This document shows, in pieces, positions 8,582-16,449 of a stretch of 24,000 nucleotides of DNA. Origin of the DNA: Planctomycetota bacterium (GTDB taxonomy: Bacteria; Planctomycetota; Phycisphaerae; Sedimentisphaerales; CAYZTY01); the NCBI GenBank assembly GCA_043816955.1, contig JBDRHL010000104.1, positions 3,790 to 27,789 of the forward strand, written 5' to 3'. The notes under the pieces are model-generated. The model was not told where the DNA came from. It saw only the letters and a program-made list of their open reading frames with translations, and did not search any database. The position numbers were made by a program, and so were the translations under genes. The first letter of the stretch is position 1; every line of letters starts with the position of its first letter.

Positions 8582-10696
8582 ATGTATCATAAACGTCTAA
8601 GGGTTTTCATCGCGTTGTGTCTCATATTCCTGCTCGCGTGCCTGGTCCGCCTGGTTCATCTTCAGTTGGTCTGTCAAAAAGAATACCGCGAGAAAGTTGA
8701 AGACCTTCAACAAAAAACCAGACAGTTCCTTGTAACGGCTAGAGGCAGCATACTGGATAGACACGGCAGGATTATAGCAACGGATGTGCCTTCCTTCAGA
8801 TTGATGATACATTACAATCTCACACGATTCGGGGACCCGCGTTTTGTACAAACCCTCAAATTAAAGGCAGATTCCGGTAAAGCCCTTGCCGAACTGGAAA
8901 AAACTCTTGAACGCCAAAAAGGCAAATTGAACGCCGTCATAAACAAATGTTCACAGATTTGCGGGGTTCCTGCTGAGCAAATACACCGCCGGCTGCAGCA
9001 AATAAACGATTACGTCTGGAATCTAAGAACGTTCCAGGCATGGAGAGGTAACTTCCCTGATTCGGGGTTGTTAAAAAAATACAAAAGCATAATTGAAATA
9101 CCGGCAGTCGAGGCTTTTCTGGATTTTGCCCGACAAGTACCGGACGTCAATGAACGCTTCAGGCAAATCGTGAAAGTCGATATTGCCGAAATGCACCAAA
9201 GTTATTCCCTTTATGAATTGCACAACAATGATCAAGTCCTCGCCGCTCAGCTTGAATTTATAGACACAGATGAAATCCAGGTCATTTCTACTATGAAAAG
9301 GATGTATCCTTACAGCGCTGTAGCTGCACAGACTATCGGGTGGGTCGGCCCTGCAAGCGAGCAGTACCGTCTGCCTCTATCGGGGGAACTATCAGAATAT
9401 ATTCCAGGAGAACTGTGTGGCCGAGAGCATATTGAGTATGCGTGCGAAACTGCTCTTCGAGGCAAACGTGGAAAAATTGTCTTTGACTTTGATGACCGTT
9501 TTGTCGAAAGAACCGAAAGACAATTCGGCGATGATGTTACCCTCACTCTCGATATCGAATTGCAGAAAAAAATCGAAGATTATCTGCTGGACTGCTCTCA
9601 TAATCCCAGGTGCAAAGCAGGCATGGCAGCGGTCATAATCGATGTCGCCAGCGGAGACATACTTGTTTTGGCCTCCCTGCCGCGGTTCGATCTCAACGAA
9701 GTTCGAACAAATTATTCAAAATTGGCCTTTGATGATGTCAACAACCCTATGCTCAACCGTGCCATAAACCAGCATTATCCGCCGGGCTCTATAATAAAAC
9801 CAATCATACTTATCGCCGCTCTTGAACAAGGCAGCATTACTCCGGATGAGGTTATTTCATGTCCTCCCACCGCAGCACCAGCCGGCTGGCCCAACTGCTG
9901 GGTCAGAAAAAGAGGCTATTGTCATGATGAGCGATGGCTCAATGATGCCCGTCACGCCTTAAAAGGAAGCTGCAATATTTATTTCTCTCACCTGGCCAGC
10001 CGTCTTGCTCCGGATGTTTTGCAGAAGTGGTTTTTGAAATTCGGCTACGGAACCCGTGTTCTGGCTTTACCCCAGTTTGACGTTCAGCACCTTCAAGGCG
10101 AACTTGGTGATATGCCAGGCGAGAGAAATCTCTTACAGTTGGAGGGAGTCATCACTAGTCCAGCCTCGGCAAAGTCCGATGATCCGGGACCAGCGGTAAT
10201 AGCACCGGGTGATCTGCGATGGTTCGGCATCGGCCAGGGAGACTTGCGGGTAACGCCTCTTCAGGCAGCTAATGCCATGGCAGCCATCGCCAGAAATGGA
10301 TTGTATAAACGACCCACTATCGTTCGCCAGGGGGAAAGAGAAGGGGAATACAAACTTGTTGCAATGGATATTTCACCTCAGACCTTGGCTGTAGTTCGCG
10401 ATGGCATGAACGCTGTTATCAATGAACCTGGAGGAACCGCATATTCGGTCTTCCAGCACAGCGGATTCAGTGAGCAGTCAGTAAACGTTTTCGGCAAAAC
10501 AGGCTCCACACAGAGCCCTGACAGCGCGTGGTTTGCCGGCTTTGCGGAAGACTCAATTGGCCGTGCTGTCGCGTTTTCGATTATTGTGGAAAAAGGGCAA
10601 AGCGGCGCATCTGATGCCGCATCACTTGCTCGCGACATCCTGCAGTTTTGCATCGACGCAGGGTATCTTGGAGATGCCGCCTCAGCAGCACACTAA
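8582..10696 (+). CDS. mrdA: Penicillin-binding protein 2 (elongasome class B transpeptidase)
   Basis: N-terminal TM anchor. The transpeptidase motifs are SxxK (PPGSIIKP), SxN (GSCNIYF) and KTG (FGKTGST). It follows mreBCD. At 704 aa it is longer than typical PBP2 because of insertions. Confidence 0.85.
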   Translation: MYHKRLRVFIALCLIFLLACLVRLVHLQLVCQKEYREKVEDLQQKTRQFLVTARGSILDRHGRIIATDVPSFRLMIHYNLTRFGDPRFVQTLKLKADSGKALAELEKTLERQKGKLNAVINKCSQICGVPAEQIHRRLQQINDYVWNLRTFQAWRGNFPDSGLLKKYKSIIEIPAVEAFLDFARQVPDVNERFRQIVKVDIAEMHQSYSLYELHNNDQVLAAQLEFIDTDEIQVISTMKRMYPYSAVAAQTIGWVGPASEQYRLPLSGELSEYIPGELCGREHIEYACETALRGKRGKIVFDFDDRFVERTERQFGDDVTLTLDIELQKKIEDYLLDCSHNPRCKAGMAAVIIDVASGDILVLASLPRFDLNEVRTNYSKLAFDDVNNPMLNRAINQHYPPGSIIKPIILIAALEQGSITPDEVISCPPTAAPAGWPNCWVRKRGYCHDERWLNDARHALKGSCNIYFSHLASRLAPDVLQKWFLKFGYGTRVLALPQFDVQHLQGELGDMPGERNLLQLEGVITSPASAKSDDPGPAVIAPGDLRWFGIGQGDLRVTPLQAANAMAAIARNGLYKRPTIVRQGEREGEYKLVAMDISPQTLAVVRDGMNAVINEPGGTAYSVFQHSGFSEQSVNVFGKTGSTQSPDSAWFAGFAEDSIGRAVAFSIIVEKGQSGASDAASLARDILQFCIDAGYLGDAASAAH

Positions 10697-10712
10697 CACT
10701 GATGAACACCTC

Positions 10713-12416
10713 TCAAAAGGTTTTTGCCGGGTACATTTGCTCAAGGTAGTTCAGCGTTTTTTCGATTATTGAGCCCACTACCGGTGCCGCTACTGTTCCC
10801 CCCGTATAAGCAATGCTCTTATCAGGATTACGTATCGAGACGAGCACAACTATCCGGGCATCTTCAGCAGGAGCACCTCCGATAAAAGATGAAACATAAT
10901 AGTTATCATAGCCGGCTTCTCCAGACCTGGCGATGTTTGCAGTTCCCGTTTTTCCGAAAACGTGCCATTTTTCCAGCCTGGCTTTTTGGCCTGTCCCACG
11001 CTCTACTACTCCTGTAAGCGCCTGCATCACTATCTGTTTTGCTGCCTCGGGCTTTATTACATAGCCTGCAGGACTAGGCGCCTGTTTCAGATTATGAATC
11101 TTGCCATCGCTGTCAACAAAGGCTTTGACTACGTACGGCCTGACCTGTTTTCCTCCGTTTGCAAGTATGCAGAAAGCCCGTGCTATCTGAATTGCGGTAA
11201 CGGCAATTTCCTGGCCGAATGGTATTCTTGTTACGCTGTAACCGGTCCATCGATCAGTCGGCCACAAAATCCCACAATCTTCACCCGGCAGATCAACTCC
11301 CGTTTTCTGCCCAAATCCGAAAAGTTTTAATCCATCATACAGTTTTTCCTTACCCATTCGCTGGCCTATTTTGGCCATCCCGATATTGCTGGATTTGATT
11401 AGAATCTCGCATACGCTAAGCGTTCCAAAGCGATGGCTGCCGTATTCACCGATCCTTCCAAAACCCTTACCGCGATAATCCCCTTGTTCACAGAAAATTT
11501 TCTCTTCGATACTAAGGATGTCATTGTCTATGGCTATTGCGGCCACAATCGGTTTAAGTATACTTCCGGGTTCGAAAGGATCACAGATCGCACGGTTTTT
11601 CAGTTTGGACGGTTCGACCTTGCTGAAATTACACGGATCAAAATCAGGCAGTGATACCATAGCCAGTATCTCACCGGTTTTCGGCTTCATTACTATCACT
11701 ACTGCCGAGTCGGCATTGTACTTCTTGAACTGCTTGTAAAGCTCATCGCGGGCAAATTGCTGAATAGTCGCATCAATCGTCAGAATCACCCCCATCCCCT
11801 CTGAGCATTGTGCCTTTTGCTCTCTGGGCCAGATGGGCTTGCGCGACGCATCCACGAAAAATATATCTTCCCCGGATGAGCCGCACAATGTCTGATCATA
11901 CAGAAACTCTGCCCCCGCCAGACCATGCTGTTCAGCGCCGACAAAGCCGATCACATGGCACATCAGCCTGCCTGTTGGATAGTATCTTGTCCAATCGGAA
12001 AATAATCCTACCCCAACGATATTCTCTCTTCTTACTGTATCGATTTCCCACTGCTTGAGATTTGCTTTGATTTTCACGAAACCGCGGTTTCGGCTATCTT
12101 TGATAATCCGGGCAATCTGCTCGGAAGGAATGTTTATTGTTCTGTGGAGTTCTAATGCGGTCTTGTTAACATCTTTTACTATTCTTGGTTCGGCAAAGAC
12201 GCTGTAGGTCTCATTGCTTGCCGCAAGAAGCCTTCCGCGACAGTCGACCACTGCTGCCCGGCGGGGATTATATTTGATATTTACCTGGCGTTGTCTAAGA
12301 GACAGATGCTGGTATTTGCCCGATTGAAAATACTGAAGATAGAAGCACCTTCCTGCCAGCGCTATAAATGAGCACAGAATAGCTGTTACAATGATTGCGC
12401 AGCGGATGATCCTCAT
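10713..12416 (-). CDS. ftsI: Penicillin-binding protein 3 / FtsI (divisome class B transpeptidase)
   Basis: TM anchor, then SxxK (EPGSILKP), SxN (KSSNIGM) and KTG (FGKTGTAN). It lies downstream of an ftsL-like gene in a dcw-type cluster. Confidence 0.85.
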   Translation of the reverse strand: MRIIRCAIIVTAILCSFIALAGRCFYLQYFQSGKYQHLSLRQRQVNIKYNPRRAAVVDCRGRLLAASNETYSVFAEPRIVKDVNKTALELHRTINIPSEQIARIIKDSRNRGFVKIKANLKQWEIDTVRRENIVGVGLFSDWTRYYPTGRLMCHVIGFVGAEQHGLAGAEFLYDQTLCGSSGEDIFFVDASRKPIWPREQKAQCSEGMGVILTIDATIQQFARDELYKQFKKYNADSAVVIVMKPKTGEILAMVSLPDFDPCNFSKVEPSKLKNRAICDPFEPGSILKPIVAAIAIDNDILSIEEKIFCEQGDYRGKGFGRIGEYGSHRFGTLSVCEILIKSSNIGMAKIGQRMGKEKLYDGLKLFGFGQKTGVDLPGEDCGILWPTDRWTGYSVTRIPFGQEIAVTAIQIARAFCILANGGKQVRPYVVKAFVDSDGKIHNLKQAPSPAGYVIKPEAAKQIVMQALTGVVERGTGQKARLEKWHVFGKTGTANIARSGEAGYDNYYVSSFIGGAPAEDARIVVLVSIRNPDKSIAYTGGTVAAPVVGSIIEKTLNYLEQMYPAKTF

Positions 12417-12451
12417 CCCTTGCCTCGAAAAAGATTAACCCACAGTATATT

Positions 12452-12679
12452 TCACCGGGATTCTTCCAGACGCTGGGATATTGTCGCCGGGTTGATCAGA
12501 CTTTCCAACCGTAACTTCTCCTGCCACAAGCTCTGCTTAAGACGATCTGCCTGCCTTTGTGCAACTCGATATTCAAAAAAAAGACGGTTCCGCCCAGCAC
12601 GTAGTTGCACGGTTATACTTAAAAGAAAACAAACATAAAACAATAAAAAAATAAACCGAAGTGGAATCTTTAGACTCAT
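12452..12679 (-). CDS. ftsL: FtsL/DivIC-like small bitopic division protein
   Basis: 75 aa with one TM helix (LRFIFLLFYVCFLLSITV) followed by a short Leu-rich coiled coil (RQADRLKQSLWQEKLRLESL). It sits directly upstream of ftsI. Confidence 0.6.
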   Translation of the reverse strand: MSLKIPLRFIFLLFYVCFLLSITVQLRAGRNRLFFEYRVAQRQADRLKQSLWQEKLRLESLINPATISQRLEESR

Positions 12680-12697
12680 CTGCGGCCTCGGTTAAAG

Positions 12698-13498
12698 CTA
12701 ATGAGCCGGCAATTTCAGTATCATACCTACTTTTAGTGTATCTTCATCATCTATCATGTTTTTATTCAATTCCACGATCTCGCGGTATCTGCTTCCATCG
12801 TTCAACTGGCTCTGGGCAATCTGCCAGAGACTGTCACCTTCCCTGACCGTATATTGCCCGTGTTGTTCTGAAACTGTCATTTCAGACAGATGCTTTCTGC
12901 CTATTGATGCTGCTTCTTTCAGCAACCCACTTGCCTTTGCCATGGCAACCTCTCCGGGCTTGTCCGATGATCCCAGAGGCGGAATTGCCAGTTTTTGACC
13001 GGGGTACAATTCATCCGGTGACTTAAGCACATTCTTGTTGGCAGCAAAAATGTGATTAACCGCGGCAAGTTTACTTCCTTCCAGCGGACCATAGAACATC
13101 ACGGCGACGGAAGCCAGATTGTCACCTTCGCGAACAATATAATAACCCGAAGAGGCTGTCTCTGTAACGCTGCCTTGAGGTATATCTTTTTCCGAATTGA
13201 CCACATTTGCCTTTGGTTCCTCAATGCGTTCTGCCCGGCTGTCTGCCTTGGGAGGAAGATTCATCTGGAAGCGTGCCGAATCCTGCGCCGGGCTGGATTC
13301 GTAGCTGATTTTCTCCGCTGCCTTGCGCGCCTGCTCATTCAACGTGTCAGTTTCATTCTTCAAATTGTCAATATAACGGCTCGTAAGCTCGTTGGTGTCA
13401 TCACTTTTACAGAGCCGCGGCCAACCGTTGATTACAAATCCTATTACAAATATAAATGCTAAACCCAGCAATAATCCGATCTTGGCATCTGAGGTCAT
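12698..13498 (-). CDS. Membrane-anchored protein with two LysM peptidoglycan-binding domains
   Basis: N-terminal TM helix IGLLLGLAFIFVIGFVINGW. Two LysM-type units are present: YIVREGDNLASVAVMFYG...LYPGQKLAIP and YTVREGDSLWQIAQSQL...YREIVELNKNMIDDEDTLKVGMILKLP. Confidence 0.75.
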   Translation of the reverse strand: MTSDAKIGLLLGLAFIFVIGFVINGWPRLCKSDDTNELTSRYIDNLKNETDTLNEQARKAAEKISYESSPAQDSARFQMNLPPKADSRAERIEEPKANVVNSEKDIPQGSVTETASSGYYIVREGDNLASVAVMFYGPLEGSKLAAVNHIFAANKNVLKSPDELYPGQKLAIPPLGSSDKPGEVAMAKASGLLKEAASIGRKHLSEMTVSEQHGQYTVREGDSLWQIAQSQLNDGSRYREIVELNKNMIDDEDTLKVGMILKLPAH

Positions 13499-13525
13499 AA
13501 TCGAAACTCCGTTTCCGATCTGTGG

Positions 13526-14431
13526 TCATTTCTTTCTTGCGATTCTGAGTTTGGCGCTCCTGGCACGGGGATTGTCCCGTACCTCGACAAGTGTCGGAAC
13601 AATCGGCTTTTTTGTCACTAACTCATAAATACCTTGCGCCTTGTTATCTTTGAAATTCTCTTTTACCAGTTTATCCTCAAGACTGTGAAAGCTGATAACC
13701 GCCAGATAACCTCCCGACCTGAGCAAATCACAGGCTGCTGTAAGAAACCTTTGAAGATTTTCAAGTTCGTCGTTGACAGCTATCCTCAGCGCCTGAAACG
13801 TTCGCGTAGCCGGGTGTATCCTGCTTTTTCTGCCCCTCGCTTTCTGTCGCTTGGCCCGGCAGATTATATCCGCCAGCTCCATGGTCGTCCTGATAGCCTT
13901 TTTCTTACGGGCCTGAACGATAAAACGTGCGATTCTCCGGGATGCTTTTTCCTGGCCGAATCTGTATATCAGATCTGCCATAGATTGTTCATCAATTCTG
14001 TTTATAACGTCTGCTGCCGTCGTTTTCAGTGATCTATCGAGTCTCATGTCGAGGGGCATCTCTGACTGAAAGCTGAGCCCAAGCTCCGGATCCGTCCATT
14101 GCGATGAACACACACCCAGATCGGCTATTATCAAATCAACCTTGTCCATGCTGAATTTGCCAAGTTCTTCTCTGATATTCGCAAAGTTCGAACAGATCAG
14201 ATTAACTTTACAGGAAAGGTTGCTTAATCTCGTTCGGGCCCTGGAAGCGTTTCTGCAATCAACGTCGAATCCGAATATTTGTCCTTCAGGGCCCAAAGCA
14301 GTTCCAAACAGTAAGCTGTGTCCTCCATGACCAATAGTGGCATCAATTATTATCCCATCCTTGGGAACGCTTATCTGTTCAATCAGTTCTCTTTTGAGTA
14401 CTGGAACATGGTCAATAACTTCACTATTCAC
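13526..14431 (-). CDS. rsmH: 16S rRNA (cytosine1402-N4)-methyltransferase RsmH (MraW)
   Basis: HVPVLKRELIEQI...IIDATIGHGGHS is the RsmH signature. Also present are DLGVCSSQ and ISFHSLEDKLVK. The start is GTG, preceded by GGAG. Confidence 0.9.
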   Translation of the reverse strand: MNSEVIDHVPVLKRELIEQISVPKDGIIIDATIGHGGHSLLFGTALGPEGQIFGFDVDCRNASRARTRLSNLSCKVNLICSNFANIREELGKFSMDKVDLIIADLGVCSSQWTDPELGLSFQSEMPLDMRLDRSLKTTAADVINRIDEQSMADLIYRFGQEKASRRIARFIVQARKKKAIRTTMELADIICRAKRQKARGRKSRIHPATRTFQALRIAVNDELENLQRFLTAACDLLRSGGYLAVISFHSLEDKLVKENFKDNKAQGIYELVTKKPIVPTLVEVRDNPRARSAKLRIARKK

Positions 14432-14488
14432 TTTTCCACTCCGGCAAAATATTCTGCCAGAAGTAAATAAAGAGCACTGATCCCGGCC

Positions 14489-14698
14489 TCAGTTTATGCC
14501 TACCTCTTTCTGATGTTTGCAAAGTTCACCCACCTCCTCAGAAAACTCGATCGCAGCGAACATACTGTCGCGGCGTTTCAAACGTTCAAGCCGGTCCCGT
14601 AGAATCGCTATTGACGCAAATGTCTGCTCTCCTATGGTCCCCTGGCCGGAAAGGCTGTCGTTTACTACTTGGCAATGGCTGCAATCCGTTGCGAACAT
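14489..14698 (-). CDS. 69-aa hypothetical protein inserted between mraZ and rsmH
   Basis: A strong SD (GAAGGAG) lies ~10 nt upstream of ATG 14698, which is 15 nt after the mraZ stop. No recognisable motif. The arrangement looks coding, but homology is unknown. Confidence 0.45.
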   Translation of the reverse strand: MFATDCSHCQVVNDSLSGQGTIGEQTFASIAILRDRLERLKRRDSMFAAIEFSEEVGELCKHQKEVGIN

Positions 14699-14713
14699 CT
14701 TTTAATTTCTCCT

Positions 14714-15193
14714 TCAATACTCAATTTCCCTGCTTTGTTTTTGCAGAACACTTTGTCGGGCCTGCAGCAGTTGCTGCTGGTGTTGATCCATATGATCGTG
14801 GAGGTATTGCTCCCAGCTGGATGTGTTCCAGATTTCAATATGATCCCTCACACCCACCATCGTAAGATGATTCCCAAGCCCTGCACGTTTTCTGAGTTTT
14901 TCCGACAGAAGTAGTCGTCCTTGCCGATCCAATTCCACCTTGCTGGCTAGGGCGAAACTGATTCTTTCAAATGCTACAGTTTCATCCGGGGCAGCCATCC
15001 CTGGCGCCACGGCAAGGGCGATTTGCTCAAAACACTTCTCTGGATAGAGACAAAGAATTGCATTGGCACCAAAAGTCAGATAAAAATTGCCTCCATGTTT
15101 ATCGACATCTATCTGACTGCGAAGCTTATTTGATATGAACACTCTGCCTTTGCTGTCAATTGTATGTTCATACTCACCTGTTAGCAAAAGCAT
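14714..15193 (-). CDS. mraZ: Transcriptional regulator MraZ
   Basis: Two SpoVT/AbrB-type repeats each carry a DxxGR motif: TIDSKGRVFISNKLR and ELDRQGRLLLSEKLR. I prefer the start at ATG 15193 (MLLLTGEYEHTIDSKGR, GGAG ~9 nt upstream) over the track's 15259, whose extension would cover the predicted promoter. Confidence 0.88.
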   Translation of the reverse strand: MLLLTGEYEHTIDSKGRVFISNKLRSQIDVDKHGGNFYLTFGANAILCLYPEKCFEQIALAVAPGMAAPDETVAFERISFALASKVELDRQGRLLLSEKLRKRAGLGNHLTMVGVRDHIEIWNTSSWEQYLHDHMDQHQQQLLQARQSVLQKQSREIEY

Positions 15194-15221
15194 GGTTTTT
15201 ACTCCACTGAAAGTACCATTT

Positions 15222-15256
15222 GTGGGATATGTTACCACTATCCCCCACCAAGTCAA
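15222..15256 (-). promoter_or_regulatory. Putative dcw (mraZ) promoter with embedded GTGGG-type MraZ boxes
   Basis: Read on the minus strand: TTGACT (15256..15251), 16-nt spacer, TAACAT (15234..15229). GTGGG (15248..15244) and GTGGT (15238..15234) are spaced 10 bp apart. An inverted GTGGG lies at 15222-15226 on the plus strand. A long T/A tract (15269-15287) sits upstream. Confidence 0.4.
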
Positions 15257-15318
15257 CAACTAAAATCATTTTTTTTCTTTTTTTTGAAAATTTTTATTAT
15301 AGGATGTAGTTCGACAGT

Positions 15319-15353
15319 CTATTTGGCCAATTTTACCGCTAAATGGCCAAAGA
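15319..15353. repeat. TTGGCCAA motif pair (left flank)
   Basis: ctatttggccaatttt (15319-15334) is the reverse complement of aaaattggccaaatag at 23425-23440. A degenerate copy aaatggccaaaga lies at 15341-15353. Confidence 0.8.
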
Positions 15354-15367
15354 CCCCAGAAAAGAAA

Positions 15368-15458
15368 ACCCCCGCCCATGATGTTGCATCATTTTTTTGA
15401 TCACCCTCATTTTTAGCTTGTAAACACGGTTCTATAGACTTCGTGTCCTGTTTTTCCT
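15368..15458. repeat. Direct repeat copy A (att-like), next to the mraZ promoter
   Basis: acccccgcccatgatgttgcatcatttttttgatcaccctcatttttagcttgtaaacacggttctatagacttcgtgtcctgtttttcc aligns to 23612-23700 with about 5 substitutions and 1 indel. The identical 35-bp core is 15408-15442. Confidence 0.85.
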
Positions 15459-15517
15459 GCCGTGTTTTAGGCCCTAAACTACCCAGGCCGGATAAGGTCT
15501 CCTAATAATATACAAGG

Positions 15518-15943
15518 TTATATGGTCTTTTTGGGGAATACTAACGGGCTAATTCCAAGCCTTCTGATGTTTACCCAATAACGTCCTAAGGCACTTTTAC
15601 TTGCTTTGTATTTATACTTTTTAAGCAAAAAACTTGATGTTTTTTTTATGTTGTATCCACTTAAATAACATTTGATAACCGGTAATTCTAAGCCCCTCTT
15701 TTCGATTCCTGTATGAATCATCCGCTTCTTTGATCTTGCTTGCCGAAAGTATAGCCAGACTCGCTCCGCTTCTGCATCCAAGTTTCCCGGCAATCTTTCC
15801 TTACCCAATACATAATTGATGCTTTCCCAGTTGTCGGATTCAACCTTACAGATACCATAAGGAGACGTGATCTCCACTGAAAACTTCAAACCGACCTGGG
15901 GAAGCCTTGGTAATTTTCCCGCTGCTTTGTTTTTCTTTTTCAT
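15518..15943 (-). CDS. AT-rich 141-aa protein with a probable C-terminal helix-turn-helix, function unknown
   Basis: It is the last gene of the island operon, starting 2 nt after the upstream stop. By eye it is clearly more AT-rich than its neighbours. The C-terminus GYNIKKTSSFLLKKYKYKASKSALGRYWVNIRRLG resembles transposase/terminase-small type HTH. Confidence 0.5.
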   Translation of the reverse strand: MKKKNKAAGKLPRLPQVGLKFSVEITSPYGICKVESDNWESINYVLGKERLPGNLDAEAERVWLYFRQARSKKRMIHTGIEKRGLELPVIKCYLSGYNIKKTSSFLLKKYKYKASKSALGRYWVNIRRLGISPLVFPKKTI

Positions 15944-15945
15944 AA

Positions 15946-16449
15946 TCAGAATTGACCTCTACTGTACTTATCCCATATTTCGGCATCGGCTTCGTCCTCG
16001 GATTCCTGCAACCTGGGACCTACCTCTGAAAGCCATGCCTTAATTTTAGGAAGCACTTCAGGTTTGATTCGCACTAATACAGCTCGTATTCTTTCCAAGG
16101 TTTCAGCCTTGTTCGGTTTTGCAACGGCATATAATCTTCTGTTCGGATTTATGGTTAAGGCCTCTATTCCCTCCTGTGATGATTCAAGGTGCATCCTGAA
16201 GAATCTGAGAGCCAGCCCGTTCATGTTATTACTAAGCAGGTTTATTATTTCGTCTGTTTCCTTTGAAGCCGTCACATCAACGGGCGTAACGATGTCTCCT
16301 GCTCTGTGATTCAGTTTTCTGCGCTCCAGCTTAACCATAACAATACCCAGCCATATATGCACCCAGCCAAATACCAGCCGTAAACTTGAAACAGCAAGTA
16401 TCGCAATCATCAAAACCAGCTCAAACAGTTTTTCTTTCAGCTCTCTCAC
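15946..16449 (-). CDS. 167-aa membrane protein, function unknown
   Basis: The GTG start overlaps the upstream stop (GTGA). The N-terminal hydrophobic stretch LFELVLMIAILAVSSLRLVFGWVHIWLGIVMV could form one or two TM helices. A soluble, acidic C-terminal domain follows. Confidence 0.5.
   Translation of the reverse strand: MRELKEKLFELVLMIAILAVSSLRLVFGWVHIWLGIVMVKLERRKLNHRAGDIVTPVDVTASKETDEIINLLSNNMNGLALRFFRMHLESSQEGIEALTINPNRRLYAVAKPNKAETLERIRAVLVRIKPEVLPKIKAWLSEVGPRLQESEDEADAEIWDKYSRGQF

Noticed and set aside
15194-15259. N-terminal extension of mraZ from ATG 15259 (MLTWWGIVVTYPTNGTFSGVKT)
   Set aside because: Canonical MraZ begins close to the first DxxGR repeat. ATG 15193 has a GGAG RBS. 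The extension would overlap the predicted promoter and the GTGGG boxes.
15408-15442. The 35-bp repeat core as a dif/Xer site, which would explain the missing integrase (IMEX-like)
   Set aside because: I could not find the conserved XerD-arm-like TTATGTTAAAT pattern or a dif-like 11-6-11 palindrome in the core. The idea is not excluded but is unsupported by the sequence.
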